Below are positions 48,382 to 60,981 of a DNA stretch of 64,000 bases, piece by piece. The stretch spans positions 1,488,001-1,552,000 of the forward strand of contig NW_019028979.1 of NCBI RefSeq assembly GCF_002105155.1. Reading direction: 5' to 3'. The stretch is from Lobosporangium transversale. Taxonomy: Eukaryota. The position numbers and the translations under genes were made by a program. Numbering within the stretch: position 1 is the first letter of the stretch; each line of letters begins with the position of its first letter. The notes under the pieces were generated by a model, which searched no databases, was not told the DNA's origin, and saw nothing but the letters and a program-made list of their open reading frames with translations.

Positions 48382-51260
48382 CATTCATGCTTTACTTTGT
48401 AATCGTTAGTTTGATTCCGAATTTGGGATACATTTCCGAAGCAGCAACATCGCTCGTGGATAGACGGCTCAAACTCAATATTGTCCCCAGTACTGAGGTT
48501 GTTTGGCTTTCTTCTCCAGCTTTCCACTATGACTATCTGGACAGACGTGCTGCCAAGATAACCAAAGGTGCAAAACCTTTGCCAGATAAAGTTGGAAGCT
48601 TCCAGCTCTTTATGAGTGGATTCAAGGATGCGAACCTATTTATGAGAGATCATCCTTGGCCAATAGAATCAGCTATAACTACATCAGCACTACCGTCATT
48701 GCCAGGACCTGTAGAAGATGCAAACGGAAAAGGGAAACGTTCTTCCTCAGCTAGCATACGCAATGGTCACCAGGATCATAGAGACAATACAGATGGTGCG
48801 AGCGTTCATAACGATACTATAGGGTCAGCATATAGTGGCTTTGTAGGTGGAGCTAATCAAGGGACTGGTCGACCTGGTTTTAATTGGACACCAGCATTGC
48901 AGCAACAGTTTAGAGAACAATTTGAGAAGATGGTTATTTTAGACTATCTTATCCGCAACACAGGTAAAGCGATGGTGCAGCAGTGTAGAGCAAGTTGGGT
49001 GGTGTTGTGGATATGACGCATTGTAGGACCGTAAATTGATACATAGCCTTGTAATATCCTCATCTTGTTTACAAAACTAGACCGCGGACTTGATAATTGG
49101 ATGATTCGATATTGTGAGAAGGAGGGGATCTCGATTGTTGCGGGTACTCAGAATGCAGGAGGTCAGAAGAGCAATCTTCAAAACCAACAACAGGCAGAAG
49201 AATCGCGCCGTAGCTCACGTGTAGTTGATTTATTAGGACTCCGTTCCGATCGATCTCCAAGCAGTTCTTTGCGTGAAACGTTAGGCGGTGCAACAGGCCG
49301 TAGCAGCATGTTGGCCACGCCTCCGGGAACGCCGCCACGGTCAAGCCTCTCCCGAGGTCCATTTGGTATAGAATCGCTGCAAGACCATGCAACTCAGGAT
49401 GAGACTGAAGCAGCAGGAAGGAGAAGCTCTGTTCAACCCAAAGCTAGATCATCCAATGAAAGTGTCAAAGATAGTAAGATGACACCGACGGATCTCCCAG
49501 GAACTATTGAGTCATATTACGGATCCACGCATATCCACGTAGCAGCCATTGACAATGGTCTGGCTTTTCCATTTAAACACCCTGACTCTTGGCGTTCATA
49601 TCCATATGGATGGCTCTTCTTACCTCGTGCGTTGATCGCTCAGCCTTTTACTAAAGCCACACGCGATCATTTCCTACCTTTGCTCTCTTCGCCTATGTGG
49701 TGGAGAGACACAATTGCAGATTTGAGGAGATTGTTCAGTATTGATACCGATTTTGATCAGGGTATGTTTGACAAGCAGATGGCAGTCATGAAAGGACAAG
49801 GATGGAATATTGTGGAAACACTCAAGAATCTAGATCAGGGGCCCATGGATCTTTGTCGACGTGTAGCCTTGGTAGTGTGGGATGAGGAGGTGACATTGGA
49901 AGCCGGAATAACAGCATCTATGTTGACGCAATACCAGCAACAGCTTCAAGAGCAACAGGGGCTGACCATGAAAGGAGGTGGTACAGAAGGCGCCAGAGGG
50001 AGCAGTATATATGGACAATCATATACAAGCACACAGCCAAAGGCTATGATGATGGATCCTTCTGGAAGAGGCAGTAGCTATAGTCATTACGGTAGTATCG
50101 TGACTATCGGCGATCGATTATCCAATGTAAAAACACTCTCGATGTCATCAACAGCTGTTGGCGAAGGAACACCGTTCCTTGCAAAATCGCATGATCAGCA
50201 TTTGCATTCGTTATCCAAGAAGGGGTCTTTGCCGCACTTAGTGATCAACATGGATAACGAAGGCAATAATGGGGATAGAGGCTCGCAGCCACATAAGCAC
50301 GACAGTCTGCGACAGGTGGTCAGTGATGGAGAGTATGAGTTTGATGATGGGGATGAGGATGAGGATGAGGATGAGGACGAGGATGAGGACTATGACGCAT
50401 TCTCATACGATGAAGATGATGATGTTTTAGGAGAACTTGAGGAGCAGGCTTTATCTGACCGTTCACACAACGTTCTGCAAACGCAAGCGGCTCCGGGTAT
50501 GGTCTCCATTGATATGACGCTCACAGATCCTGAAGCAGCACAAACTCTTGCTCAAAGTCAACGGCGCCGCCAGAGTCACCAGAGCGAAGGAGGTGGTGGG
50601 CGATCGAGACGGAGCCGGCAACGCAGAATGAGCGAAATAGCTCATGTCGAGGGGGAGTCATCTAAAGCTACCTCATCGAGCCAGAACGCAGATTTGGATT
50701 CATCCAAGAGGGACCATCGTCGAAGTAGGACTGAACAAGGTGCAGGAACCATCAGGTTCGATAGTTCTGTCACGGTGTCACCAAATAATGTCAAAGGAGT
50801 GAATAGTACCCATGACGAAGCGGCAAGAACAAGTCTATTGCAGCTCTCATCTCCAACCAAAAAGTCAGCTGATGTTAAGAATCCATTCGAATCACCAGAG
50901 TATATTATCACACATGGAGCACCACCACCAGATCAAGAACCAGAACGCGGTCGAGGATATTTTTCGCGCAGCTATGGGGCTGTCTCGTCGTCGGCGTCGC
51001 CCAAAAACAGTGGTGATTCAAGCTCAAGAGGAGGAGAAAGAGATCGTCTAAGCGAGCGACCTAGATGGGCAGATCGACTCCGAAGAGGATTAAGCTTCGA
51101 TGGTCATCTGCTAGTCGGAGGAATTGGTCAAGTCGCAAGGAGAGAGCGTAAACTGAGAAAGCAAAGACAACGAGAACGGGAGCTGTTTGAGCAGCGTGTA
51201 GTCCTTATCGAGAGGATTGAGCCCGTGACGAAGAATTTGCCTTACTTTACATGGTGGTAG
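46655..51260 (+). CDS. LSB6: Phosphatidylinositol 4-kinase type II (4 exons)
   Basis: RIAQGSSGSYF, VFKPKNEEPYG.LNPKWTKW, FPCCFGRS|CLIPNLGYISEA, KVGSFQLF, LDYLIRNT|DRGLDNW, AAIDNGLAFPFKHPDSWRSYPYGW, C-terminal FTWW. Confidence 0.96.
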
Positions 51261-51262
51261 AC

Positions 51263-51294
<32 letters not shown>

Positions 51295-52787
51295 GGCTTT
51301 TTTTGTTGGCATCTTTTCTTTGTTGTTTATTCATTCTGTAGATTAAAAGCTTTTGTTTTTCTATCAAGCATAACTAACTATTAAAACATATGCTTCTGTA
51401 TACAATAAGATTGTCGATGCCAGTTATTCTGGATTCTCTTGCACAGCCACTGGCGTAATAAAGACCAAAGGACCAAAAAAAAACATTTATTGTCATTACA
51501 CTCGTACCACCTTACTTCACTTTTACGCCGCACTTTAAGAAAATGAAGTCTATTTTCTGGTGTACCAGAAAGAAGATATGGCATTAATATTAATGTAAAA
51601 AACGAAAGATAGGGGTACCAGATTGATTTTTCAATGGCTTGAAAGAGTATTTTTGAACCTGGTTGGATCCAAAACACAAAGATGAAAGGACTAGAGAGTG
51701 GAAAAAAGGGTGGATAGAGGAAGCTTCCTATTGCTAGTTGCGGCTCCTTGGTAATTTGTGTCATAGGAATGATAGGTTATTGCTGCAAAAAAAAAAAAAA
51801 AAAAAAGGACCTTTTGACTATTTGCTCATATGCATGAACCCATGAAGACAGGAAGGAAAGAAAATACCTGTAACAATATAGACATGTACAGTAGTCTCCT
51901 TGCGTGTAGATGGTCAAAGAGAAAGTTTTTTTTATAAAAAAGAGGTGCTTAAAAGTATATAAATATTTTTATATTTCTATATGCATTCATGTTTGAAAGA
52001 GAAGAAAAAAGGAAAAAGAGCTATTATTGAGTTAAATTTTTTTTTTTTTTTTTTTTTTTGCGCCACTGATCATGTCTAACATGTTTAATACCAAATATCA
52101 TTTGTATACATGTCTGTACATGTGTTCAATGAAACCTACATCGTTACTGTCTGCTCTGCCCCCAGTGCCTTCAAGCATCTGTGAATCAATGTATCATCGT
52201 ATGCGTGCAATGTGCCCTGGTCCCAATTTGTCGTTGCAATTATCATTCAGCAATATGATTCGCGCATGCCAAATTTAGATTTCATGGTTACTCTTCACAA
52301 TTCTTTCAGACTTTGACCTGGCCTGACTTTGACTAGTGCAGCCTTCCTCTTCTCCCCCCTTTTTTTTTTTTTTTTTTTACTTTATTTATTTTTTCTTTGG
52401 CCTTGTTTCCATGAGGTTAATTGATTATAATCTTGTATTAATTAGTGGATAAACAACGAGTGCTGGGTAGTCATGTAAAAAGTATATTCTTTTAGGACGA
52501 ATAAGATATACTCTGTCAATGTTCCATGTTATACCTTATTTTTATTTGGGTGGGAGAAATTGTTGTTGCAGACCGTCAGGGCAGGGCAAAAAACAGACAG
52601 TCGTTTTGTCTTTTTATTTTCCTTCCTTTTTTCCTTTTCCTTTCCTTTTACTCTTGATTTCTCTTCCCCTCTTTCCTCCTTCTCTCTTTGTCCTTCTTTG
52701 TCCTCCTCTCTCTCTCTCTCTCTTTCTTTCTCTCTCTCTCTCTATTTTAATAATAGCTATTGTTTAATCTTGTGTCTTAGTTTCATT

Positions 52788-52821
<34 letters not shown>

Positions 52822-53560
52822 CTTTTTCTGTTTTTCATTCCAATTAGATTCATTACTTTAAAGGTATATGATTCCCTTCCTCATGATCACCTGCTCCTAT
52901 ACTCTTTCTCTCACTCTTCTCGTTCTTTCAAAATGATCTGTCGTTAGTCTGCTGGAAAGGCTGTTTTGACCTCAATAGAGAATCTAGACCTATAAATTCT
53001 TTTTGTCCATCCAGACCAGGTCCTTTAGACCAATTTTCTTTAGTACATGTCTGATGTGCATCCTTTCTTTGTCTCATGTCCCATGCCCCATCATCATTTC
53101 ACAATTTCAGTGTCATCGCCACCATTACTGCACCCTTGCTCTGTACGTTACACTTATCTATTTTTTCTTTCAGGACAAAACAAACAAACACAACTTTCGT
53201 ACATTCTTTCATCAAGGGAAAAAAAAAAATGTTTGTGCCATATAGTGATTGATTGTTACTGTGGTCGGTTGGTTGGAGCATAGCCAAATAGCAATATAAA
53301 AGAAGGATAATGGGCGAGAAACCTGAATAATAATGTGACGGACACATGATCTGAGGTTGTCTTTGCTTTATTGCAATAGACATGGTTGTCTCATGTTAGT
53401 TTATCAATCCAACTCCGTCCCTCTTGTGAAGCTTTAGTTTTGATTCGTCTCTTTTTTTTTCCCATCTTCATCCCTCTAACTGTCTACAAGCACCATTTTG
53501 AACTTTTTAACTAACGGTTCTTTTTCCTCTGTGCCTTTTTTAGCGTCTAAACTTGTGATA

Positions 53561-54671
53561 ATGCAGTTCAAAAAATCATCACTTGTCCTTCTGGCGTTCG
53601 TCCTCCTGGCTGTATCTGTGAATGCTCAAGAACCTTCAGCATCACAGGATCCTTCAAATCCCACAACCTCACCCGCTACTTCACCTGCAGCAACCACGCC
53701 TGCCACCACCACTCCAGCAGGCGAACCCACTTCACCTATCATTGGCATTCCTAGTGTTGTTGATCCAGGTCCCACTTCTCAACCAACAGCGGCGCCTCAT
53801 ACATCCAATTCCGCCAATCCGGGCCTTCCTAAACCCAAGCCAACAACTCTCGTACCCGGTGCAAGTACATCATCGAATTTGTCACCGACAGGGTCTACAT
53901 CAGCAGCCCAACCCACACAAACCAAGAAGGAATCGAGTGGCTCATCAGGTGATCTTCTCGCTGCTGGTATTGTTGTTGGATCGATCGTCATTGCTGCTGC
54001 CATTGGAATCTGGGTTTTCCGAAAGTGGAAGCTTTCTGTAAGTCCAGTATCATTTTCTAAATTTGTCCATTTATCCATTTATCCATTATTCTGTTCCAGC
54101 CATGTTTTCAAGGTTGATTGACCAGACTCTATTTTTTTTTTTTTTTTTTTTTTTGGATACATCGTTATAGCCTTCTCGAAACTTCCAATCCAAGATTCGT
54201 GGCGATGATTATCAGGACTACCCTCGTAGCTACGAGTCCGACACTGTGTTCTTGCGCAACCTAGGAGATCAACCTTCTGAGCCTGCACCTGCCAAATCTC
54301 CATACAACGCCGGAGGCTCATTGCCCGCGGATAACCAGCAATACTATGATTCGAACAACTATACCAATGATCAAGCTGCTGGATATGGTGCTCATGATGG
54401 ATATGGCGGTTCTGCTCACGGTGGATATGATCATCAAACTGGATATGATCACCAAGACTATGGCCATGGAGGATATGACAATGCATACGCAGGTCGTGGT
54501 GATTATGCGGAATCGCAAGTTGGAGGCGGATATGGTAATGTTGGGGGTGGATATGCAGCCTCAAATGTCGGAGGTGGATATACGGCTCCGAATGTAGGCG
54601 GCGGATATGCTGCTTCTAATGTCGGAGGAGGATACCAACATCAAGGATATGACGAGTATGCCCGACGATAA
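53561..54671 (+). CDS. Single-pass membrane protein: signal peptide, Ser/Thr/Pro-rich ectodomain, Gly/Tyr-rich repetitive cytoplasmic tail (2 exons; intron about 54038-54170)
   Basis: Signal MQFKKSSLVLLAFVLLAVSVNA; TM LLAAGIVVGSIVIAAAIGIWVF; juxtamembrane RKWKLS|PSRNF; probable 5'UTR intron ending at 53543 (CTAAC branch, TTTTAG). Confidence 0.85.
54519..54636 (+). repeat. Coding repeat, about 27-bp unit encoding VGGGY(AASN)
   Basis: VGGGY occurs 5 times: VGGGYGN VGGGYAASN VGGGYTAPN VGGGYAASN VGGGYQ. Confidence 0.9.
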
Positions 54672-55335
54672 GTCGATTAATAATAGCAACAGTAACAGCA
54701 ACAGCAAGGACGCCGGTATTACATTTTTATTATTATTGCTGTCGTCAACAACTAGAGATAAAGAAGAAGAAAAAAAAAGAAAAAGAAAAAGTCCACTCGT
54801 TATTGCATTTTCATGAATCTCCTCATACTAAGCCAGTTTTACCATCCATCATGCATCCATTTCCACCTTTGCCCTACAGTCTCTGATGACGGTTAATGCA
54901 CACTTTTTTTTTTTTTTTACCCTTTTTGGTTTCAGAAGCTGTATAAACACCCATATATACTGCAACAATTATATTTTATTATTATAAAAATAAAAAGCAC
55001 CATTAATGACAAGGCTCATTTACGTATTGCTTCTTTTGACGTATCTTTTTTGTAGAAACTCTTACATTCAGAAGGAAGCTAAAAAAAAAATAAAAAAAAT
55101 AAAAAAAGGTAGTTTACATGCCGCAGAGGACATCCGCAGCACACAAGTCACAAACAACAAAAAAAAAAAATCCTAGAAGCCACTGCTGCGGTCTATGGGC
55201 CCATTGACAAATATGTAATTTTTTTTATTTATTTCAACCCACTCAACCACCCACCCACTCTTTCTCCTTCTCCAACTCTTTCACTACATTGCTCATCCTT
55301 CATTTACTTACTTTACATATTCATTCTTCTTCGTC

Positions 55336-56525
55336 ATGGCTGTTCGTAGGTGCAAAAAAACTAAAAAAAAAAAAAAAAAAAAAAATCAATGATAGTTTAG
55401 GTCTAAGTTTTTTTTTTTTTTTTTTTTACAAGCCATAAACACTGGCTTAATCTTTTTTTTTTTTTTTTTTTTTTTTTTGTGGAATGGACAACATTAAGGA
55501 CATTGTGTTGCTTCAAACAGAAAAAAAAAAAAAAAATTCTCGACAGTATCAATAAAACGATGGTCGATTTTTTTTAACACGCATGTCCTACTATAACAGA
55601 AAAGAAAGAAAACTTACAAATCAATTGACCTTATTTTGTTTCTTACTTCTTATTCTTCAGGTGCTCAATTCGAAAATAATAACGAGATTGGCGTCTTTGC
55701 CATGCTCACTAACAGCTACTGCTTAGTTGCCATTGGTGGTTCTGAGAACTTTTACAGGTAATTATGATTATGATTAATATTGCCATTATTATTGTTGTTT
55801 TTTTGTAGAATGTAAGCATATCAAGGTTTTAAAAACGCAATATATATATATATTTTTTTTTTAAAAAAAAAAAAAAAAACTCCAACCTCATTATAGTGTC
55901 TTCGAAGCAGAGTTGAAGGATGTTATCCCTATTGTTCATACTAGCATTGCCGGTACTCGTATCATTGGTCGTCTCTGTGTTGGCAACAGGCATGGTCTTT
56001 TGGTTCCTTCGACGACGACGGACCAGGAACTTCAACACTTGAGGAACTCATTGCCCGATAGTGTTGCGATCCAACGTGTAGAGGAGAGACTTTCAGCGTT
56101 AGGGAATGTTATTGTATGCAACGACTATGTTGCATTGGTACACCCAGATATCGATCGAGAAACAGAAGAGATCATTGCAGACGTATTGAAGGTTGAGGTA
56201 TTCCGTCAGACGATCGCAGATAATGTATTGGTGGGATCTTATTGTGCGTTGAGTAATCAAGGTGGATTAGTTCACCCTCATACCTCTATCCAAGATCAGG
56301 ATGAATTGTCATCATTGCTTCAGGTGCCCCTGGTCGCCGGTACTGTGAACCGTGGTTCGGATGTCATTGGAGCAGGGTTGTTGGTGAATGACTGGTGTGC
56401 CTTTGCAGGTCTGGACACAACTGCAACAGAGTTGTCAGTGATTGAGGGCGTCTTCAAGCTCCAGGATAATGGTCCAAGTGCGATTGTTGAGGACATGCGT
56501 GATTCCTTGGTCGACTCAATGGTCT

Positions 56526-56527
<2 letters not shown>
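55336..56527 (+). CDS. TIF6: Eukaryotic translation initiation factor 6 (3 exons)
   Basis: [42 protein letters not shown]..., [30 protein letters not shown]. Confidence 0.98.
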
Positions 56528-56556
<29 letters not shown>

Positions 56557-56831
56557 ACACTTCACACAACGCCATTCAACTTTCCTCCAACTTGTAGATG
56601 ATTCACTTGCAATAATAAAGATAAATTAAATATAAAAAAGCTGCATCTTTCCCACAGCTTTGATCGTCCGTTTATTTCCATGATATTATCAAGCGTTATG
56701 GTGAGAATCATCTCTTCCCACAACCCTTTTAAGACGAATTAATCAGGTGATGAAGTCCTTCGTCCTTTGTTATTTGTTACCTTTTTTTTTTATTTTGCTC
56801 ATCTGGCCTTTTTGCATTTTTGAAAAATTTA

Positions 56832-58160
56832 ATGGATACTCAAGACAGAGATAGAGTCAGGAGGAGGGGAAGGAACAGGCAAGACAACGATGATGCATCG
56901 TTAGGATCAAGTTCATTAACATTCCCACAGTTTCCTTCGGGCATGAATGCGTCTAATTCGTCCCCATTCACATCGCCATATAGACAACTGCAATTACAAC
57001 AACTGCAACTACAACAACACCAACAACAACTGCAGCAGCAGCAACAGCAGCAGCAACAGCAGCAGCAACAGCAGCAGCAACAGCAGCACCAACAACAGCA
57101 GCACCAACAGCAGCAGCAGCACAAACAACAGCAATATGCCGATTGGGATGCATCGGTTGCACGGCAACTAGGCCAATATCTCTTTGGGATAATGAGCTAT
57201 CTGTGGGAAACAATCATTGGATGTTTTTTGGTACTTCGCCCAATTTTTTCACTGGTCCTGGCAGTCGTGGTAGTCTTTCTGATAGTAGTAGCACTGGGCA
57301 GAGGTATATTCGCGTCAGTATGCAAAGTTCCGTTGGTTCCCATGATGTTACCATGTCCAGCAGTAGCAGCCACGGATACCTTTCAAGTGCCTGATTTTGC
57401 AGGCGTCATTGATGATAATGCATCGGCTCTTTTAACACTTTTAAATTCGATGAATAACTTGAATCCAGCGTTTATACCCAAAAAGATCAAAAACAAGATC
57501 AAAAGTAAAGGCCAACGCCTTTTTGGACGTAAGAGTAAAGAAGGGGGAGCGGCAGCAGGAACAAGAAGTATAACGACTACGAAGACGGCGACGACCACGG
57601 CGACGTCACACGCGGATGGTGGGCAACAGTATTATTACGGAGAAGGATTTGGGCAACCGGATATGAATGACAACTATGATATTCCAGAAGATTCGGGTTA
57701 TAGTGGTAGTGAGGATGAAATGGAGGAGGATGATCCATATGGATTGAATGTCCATGCACGGGTCGGAGGACTGCCCTTACCCTTGTTATTGAAACGTTCT
57801 GAGATGGCGGTGGTGGATTTGAAGGTGGTGGTGAAGCATTCGTCGTTACCAGATCAATCAAAAGAGATGCTGGTACAGTTATTGGAAGTGTTTCATTCCC
57901 GAGCTGGGGCAACGGCTAGAAACATGCAGTTTTTGCAGTCTCGAGCGAACGGATGTGTTGATGGGTTGGTGGTTCGGAATAGGTATCTGATTGCAGAGTT
58001 GGATCGTTTGGAGAAGCAACTGGAAAAGAAAAATGGAATGTGGGATATGGTTTCAGATTTTTTTTCAGGTACCAATGGTAAGAATAAGGCGAGAGAGGGG
58101 GAGACAGTTCAGTCCCAACTGACTGTAATGGTTGAATTAAATATATAAGATCGCATGCTG

Positions 58161-58191
<31 letters not shown>

Positions 58192-58978
58192 TACCAAGAG
58201 ATATTAAAATTGTTGACCTTGTTAATTAATCAATTAGAGATTCAAGTTAAGGCTGAGCGTAAGCTAGAGCAATTGTACAAGTCCACAATGGATGAGAGTC
58301 GTAAGCATGTCCAAGATCTTATTCTGCGGTCCAAAGAAGTTTTAGAGGGGTAAACGAATCAAGATGATTCCTCGAATTTTTTTTTATTTTTTTATTTTAT
58401 ACTATTCTTCTTTCTTTTAATATCTAGCCTGTTTCTTCATTTTCTTCTCTAGCCTGGATACACTTGATCAAACATTAGGAACTATCAACGACTTGATAAC
58501 TCAGGAGAATCGGCAACAAAAGACTGCAAATGACGAGATTCTTGCGCAGCTGTGGACTATATTAGGTGGTAACCAAGTGGAGCGTGAACAATATCGTGAA
58601 AACTTGGAATTGTTACAATCTATGGATGTACAACGCAAAGCGATTTTTGGGCAGATCGAGGGTGCTCTTTACAAATTGACCAATTTTGAAGCCGACATGG
58701 GGGTTTTGCGTGAGAAGATTTTCAGCGCTTCAGTAGGAGCGACTTTTGAGGATGAATACCAGCATCATCATCAGACAGTTAAGGCGCCAAAAGAAGGTGA
58801 AGGAGAGAGAGTGGGAGCAGACTCATTCAGAGCTGGGCAGGCATCAATGCTTAAAGTGCATATTCAGCAGATTGAGCTTGTGACCCAGCGATTGAAAGCA
58901 CGGAGCTTTCTGGCGGATACAATGAATAGTGGTCAAACGGGCACGGCGGGCCAAGGAAGAGGAGAGCGTTTAGGATAA
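56832..58978 (+). CDS. Hypothetical polyQ-containing membrane protein with coiled-coil C-terminal half (3 exons)
   Basis: Long Gln tract, hydrophobic helices at about aa 115-160, LKRSEMAVVDLK..VK.S and LWTILGGN motifs, heptad-rich segments; exons join in frame across GT-AG introns near 58070-58237 and 58350-58452. Confidence 0.78.
56985..57135 (+). repeat. CAG/CAA trinucleotide repeat encoding polyQ
   Basis: About 50 codons that are mostly CAA/CAG with interspersed Leu, His and Lys. Confidence 0.92.
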
Positions 58979-60476
58979 GAAAAAAGATCGTGTATTGTGT
59001 CTATAATAAATTAAATTATGATATTGTGTAAGATCGTCAGGAGAATTACGTTTATAAACAACCCCAGCTGACTTGGAATTAATTTTATTTTGTGTTCAAT
59101 GTGGCGGATGTTCTAAGGAAATATAAATATTTATATAAAGATGTGTGCGTTGAGCCATGACCAGAATGACAGTGCACCCAGCCCAGTTAATGTCGTTTTT
59201 CTTTTTCTTTTTCTTTTTTTTTTTTTTTTACACTTTCTCACGTTGTTTTGGTGCATTGAACAGGATACATGTATATACACCACAAGACGACTGAGCACCA
59301 TGGGGTCCAGAGCCCATCAAATACATCGAGAGAGAGAAAGAGAGAGAAATAGAGAGAACCTTGGTTGAAATCAAAGAAGCAGGAACAGAGAAGGAAAGAA
59401 AGGTAAGAAAAGATGGAAAATACTAACCATCTCATCAATCCAATCTGGTCTTCCCCCAATCCCAGTTGAATCCAATCCAGTCACTTAATTAAATAAAAAT
59501 AAAAAGTAAAAGTAAAAAGCAAAAATAAAAATATGTCAGGCCGTACATTGATGAAACGAATGAATTATTAATAAGAGATTAAAATATATTAAAAGAGAGA
59601 GAGAGAGAGAGAGAGGAAGAGAGAAAGAGAAAGAAAGAGCAAGAGCGAGGAGTAAAAAATGGATACGTTTGTGTTCATCGACGAAACAGACGGAAAATAA
59701 AATGATGCACCCTTTTTTTTTATTTTTTTTTTTATTACAGGAACATGGTTGAGATGCATGCAGATGCCCAATTGAACACTCTCTTTAAAAATATTTCTTT
59801 TACAAATGTCGGGGTGGAGTGGGTAGGCGACGGGAACGACAGACATGGTTCGTGGTTTGGTCCCTCGTTTACATGTAGCCCTGCTTGGTAGCCTTGTGGG
59901 AGTATCGAGTAGAATTTTTGACTTTTAGAGTGACATTTGACGAATTACAACGCACTGATCCAATTCTCTTTTTTTTATATGTGTGCGTGTGTGGTGTTGT
60001 TTCTTTTTCTCTTTCTCTTTTTTCTTTTTCCTTATTCTTGTTCGCCCCTTGCTCATTCTCTTCTCTTTCTCTTTCTTCTTCCTCTCTTTACTCTGTAACT
60101 CACTCTTATCGAGTGAGCAGCCAGCAGAATCCTTTACGACCCCATTTCGCTTCTTACATGTAATCGTATTAATTACTTGTCTTCTTTTTCTTTTACTTTC
60201 TTTCCTTCTACTCTTCCTTCATTTCTTTCTCATTCTTTTCGTAACTACCAAATACCCTTATTTTTCTTCACTTCTTCTTTGAGCCCACATTTATACGCAC
60301 GCATTTCCATTCTTTCTTTTTTTCTTTTTTCCTAAATCAACATCTCTTCACTCCTAATCTTATTTCTTCATTGCTTCCATCCTGAATCTCTTACACTTTA
60401 TTTGACACAATTACTCCATTTTTCGAGCTACATTCATTGCATAACTTTTTACAGATTAACGAAAAATAGCAACATC

Positions 60477-60945
60477 ATGGCAGGTAAGAATTAATTAATT
60501 TAACAATTGTGATGAACTGTTATTGCTCATTAATAGGACAGAGCAAGGCGGGACAGGACAGGATAAGACAGGACAGAACAGAACAGGACAGGACAGGACA
60601 AACAAACAAACAAACAAAAAAAAAAAAAAAAGACAGTATATCATGGATCTTTATTACATGGAATGACAAAGCCAAGCAAGGGAAACCCCCTTGTTAATTG
60701 ATGTCTCCTTACATCTTTTTTTTAAACAATTTGAGTAATACGCAGCCCAACAATCAAAGATATTTATTCACTATGACACTATGACGGAATTGCCTCGTGA
60801 ACATTAGATCTGTCAATGTTTTTTTCTTTTTATCGGGTTCTAAAAAAAAATATTCATTTCAAATATTATCTCGACTGAACAAGTGGCGATTAATGATCAA
60901 CAAAATCAATAAGAAAGACATCATAGAATCTTTTTTTTTTTTAAA

Positions 60946-60981
<36 letters not shown>

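Noticed and set aside
56840..57213. Poly-Cys and poly-Ala ORFs on the minus strand
   Set aside because: Antisense readings of the CAG/CAA polyQ tract.
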